Source: Spirochaetia bacterium (GTDB lineage Bacteria > Spirochaetota > Spirochaetia > SZUA-6 > Bin103). Taken from it: DNA of 64,000 bases. Of this stretch, positions 63,163-64,000 are shown in pieces. The position numbers were made by a program, and so were the translations under genes. Every line of letters starts with the position of its first letter. Within the stretch, counting starts at the first letter, position 1. The notes under the pieces are model-generated. The model was not told the DNA's origin, ran no database searches, and saw only the letters and a list, made by a program, of their open reading frames with translations. The DNA lies in NCBI GenBank assembly GCA_965203055.1, contig OZ241863.1, positions 2,432,001 to 2,496,000 on the forward strand, written 5' to 3'.

Positions 63163-63885
63163 CTGAAGTACGAGCTGGAGACGATTCCGGTGTGGGATGC
63201 CTACCACGCGGGAAGCGAGTGCCCCCTCTGCGCGCTGCAGCGCAAGGCGGAGCAGGAGTTCGTGCGGTTCTACGTCGGACACTCGGTGATGGTGCCGGAG
63301 CTGCGGGTGCAGGTGAATGACTCGGGGTTCTGCCGGACCCACTACCCGATGCTGCTGGAGGGCGGCAATCGCCTGGGGCTGGCGCTCATCACCCACACCC
63401 ACCTCGGCGAGCTGCGCGGCAAGCTGGACCGCCGGCTGGGAAACGCCAAGGCCGGCGCCGCCCTCAGACGGGAGATCGCGGGCTTCACCGCCTTCCTCAC
63501 GCAGCAACTGGACCGCTGCCTGATCTGCGGGCGCCTGGAGGAGCGCTTCCGGCGCTACAGCTACACGATCGTGCACCTGTGGCGCAGCGACCGCGAGTTT
63601 CGGCAGGTCTTCAACGCCTCCCGCGGCGTCTGCCTGGACCACGTCCGCGGCCTGCTGGCGATGGCCGTGAAGACGCTCCGGGCCGCGCCGCTGCGGGCGT
63701 TCGTCGGCGACCTGCTGGAGGCGCAGCGGCGCTCCTGGGAACGGCTGGAACGGGAGTTGCTGGCCTTCACCGGCACCTTCGACTACCGCGCCGCGGGCCC
63801 GCCCGATACCGCGGCCAAGGAGGCGGTCGCCGACGCCATCCGCAAGCTCACCGGGGCCGGCGTCCCGCGCGAGCCGCCTCCCTAG
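63163..63885 (+). CDS. DUF6062-like protein, probable CTG start
   Basis: AGGAG-7nt-CTG KYELETIPVWDAY...CPLC, GFCRTH, CLIC, VCLDH. Confidence 0.8.
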   Translation: MKYELETIPVWDAYHAGSECPLCALQRKAEQEFVRFYVGHSVMVPELRVQVNDSGFCRTHYPMLLEGGNRLGLALITHTHLGELRGKLDRRLGNAKAGAALRREIAGFTAFLTQQLDRCLICGRLEERFRRYSYTIVHLWRSDREFRQVFNASRGVCLDHVRGLLAMAVKTLRAAPLRAFVGDLLEAQRRSWERLERELLAFTGTFDYRAAGPPDTAAKEAVADAIRKLTGAGVPREPPP

Positions 63886-64000
63886 ACCTGCCCGGACGGC
63901 CCGCGCGCGCCGCCGCGGCGCCGGCCCCGTTCCGCCGGCCAGCTCGTGCCGCCGCGGCGGTTGGGTTGACCGCGCACGGCGGGCCGCCTAGGATGGCCAG

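Noticed and set aside
63890..63960. GC-rich hairpins as terminators or REP elements (also near 4200 and 42340)
   Set aside because: No U-tract or shared consensus; expected by chance at this GC content

Overview
High-GC bacterial accessory region. Gene content (DUF6062, Uma2/HNH/AAA-DUF4143 paralogues, PhyH dioxygenases, sulfatases, an NHLP precursor) resembles host-associated, possibly Spirochaetaceae-like MAGs; that is inference only. Left part: a DriD-like WYL regulator with a double-AAA ATPase, then a type I R-M locus (hsdM ... MNT-hsdS ... hsdR, 7.4-21.4 kb) packed with cargo, including a HEPN/MNT pair whose MNT is fused to HsdS and several relics where toxins or nucleases appear deleted. 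Centre (22.5-37.5 kb): a segment bounded by a 24-bp direct repeat. It holds two inverted paralogous 12-repeat 'GSGY' lipoprotein genes, each with a poly-G tract (G12 = OFF, G14 = in frame), flanking a lexA-imuA-imuB-dnaE2 cassette with a candidate CAGAC-N4-GTCTG operator. Right part: metabolic and transport genes, an orphan NHLP RiPP precursor, a RES TA pair, an IS110 with a candidate bridge RNA and a decayed type IIG/DISARM-like methyltransferase. An HNH-endonuclease element occurs three times (one intact, two deleted) with a conserved 3' non-coding motif. Many genes look leaderless. I recognised no tRNA, rRNA or CRISPR array. All family calls come from motif recognition by eye, not database searches.
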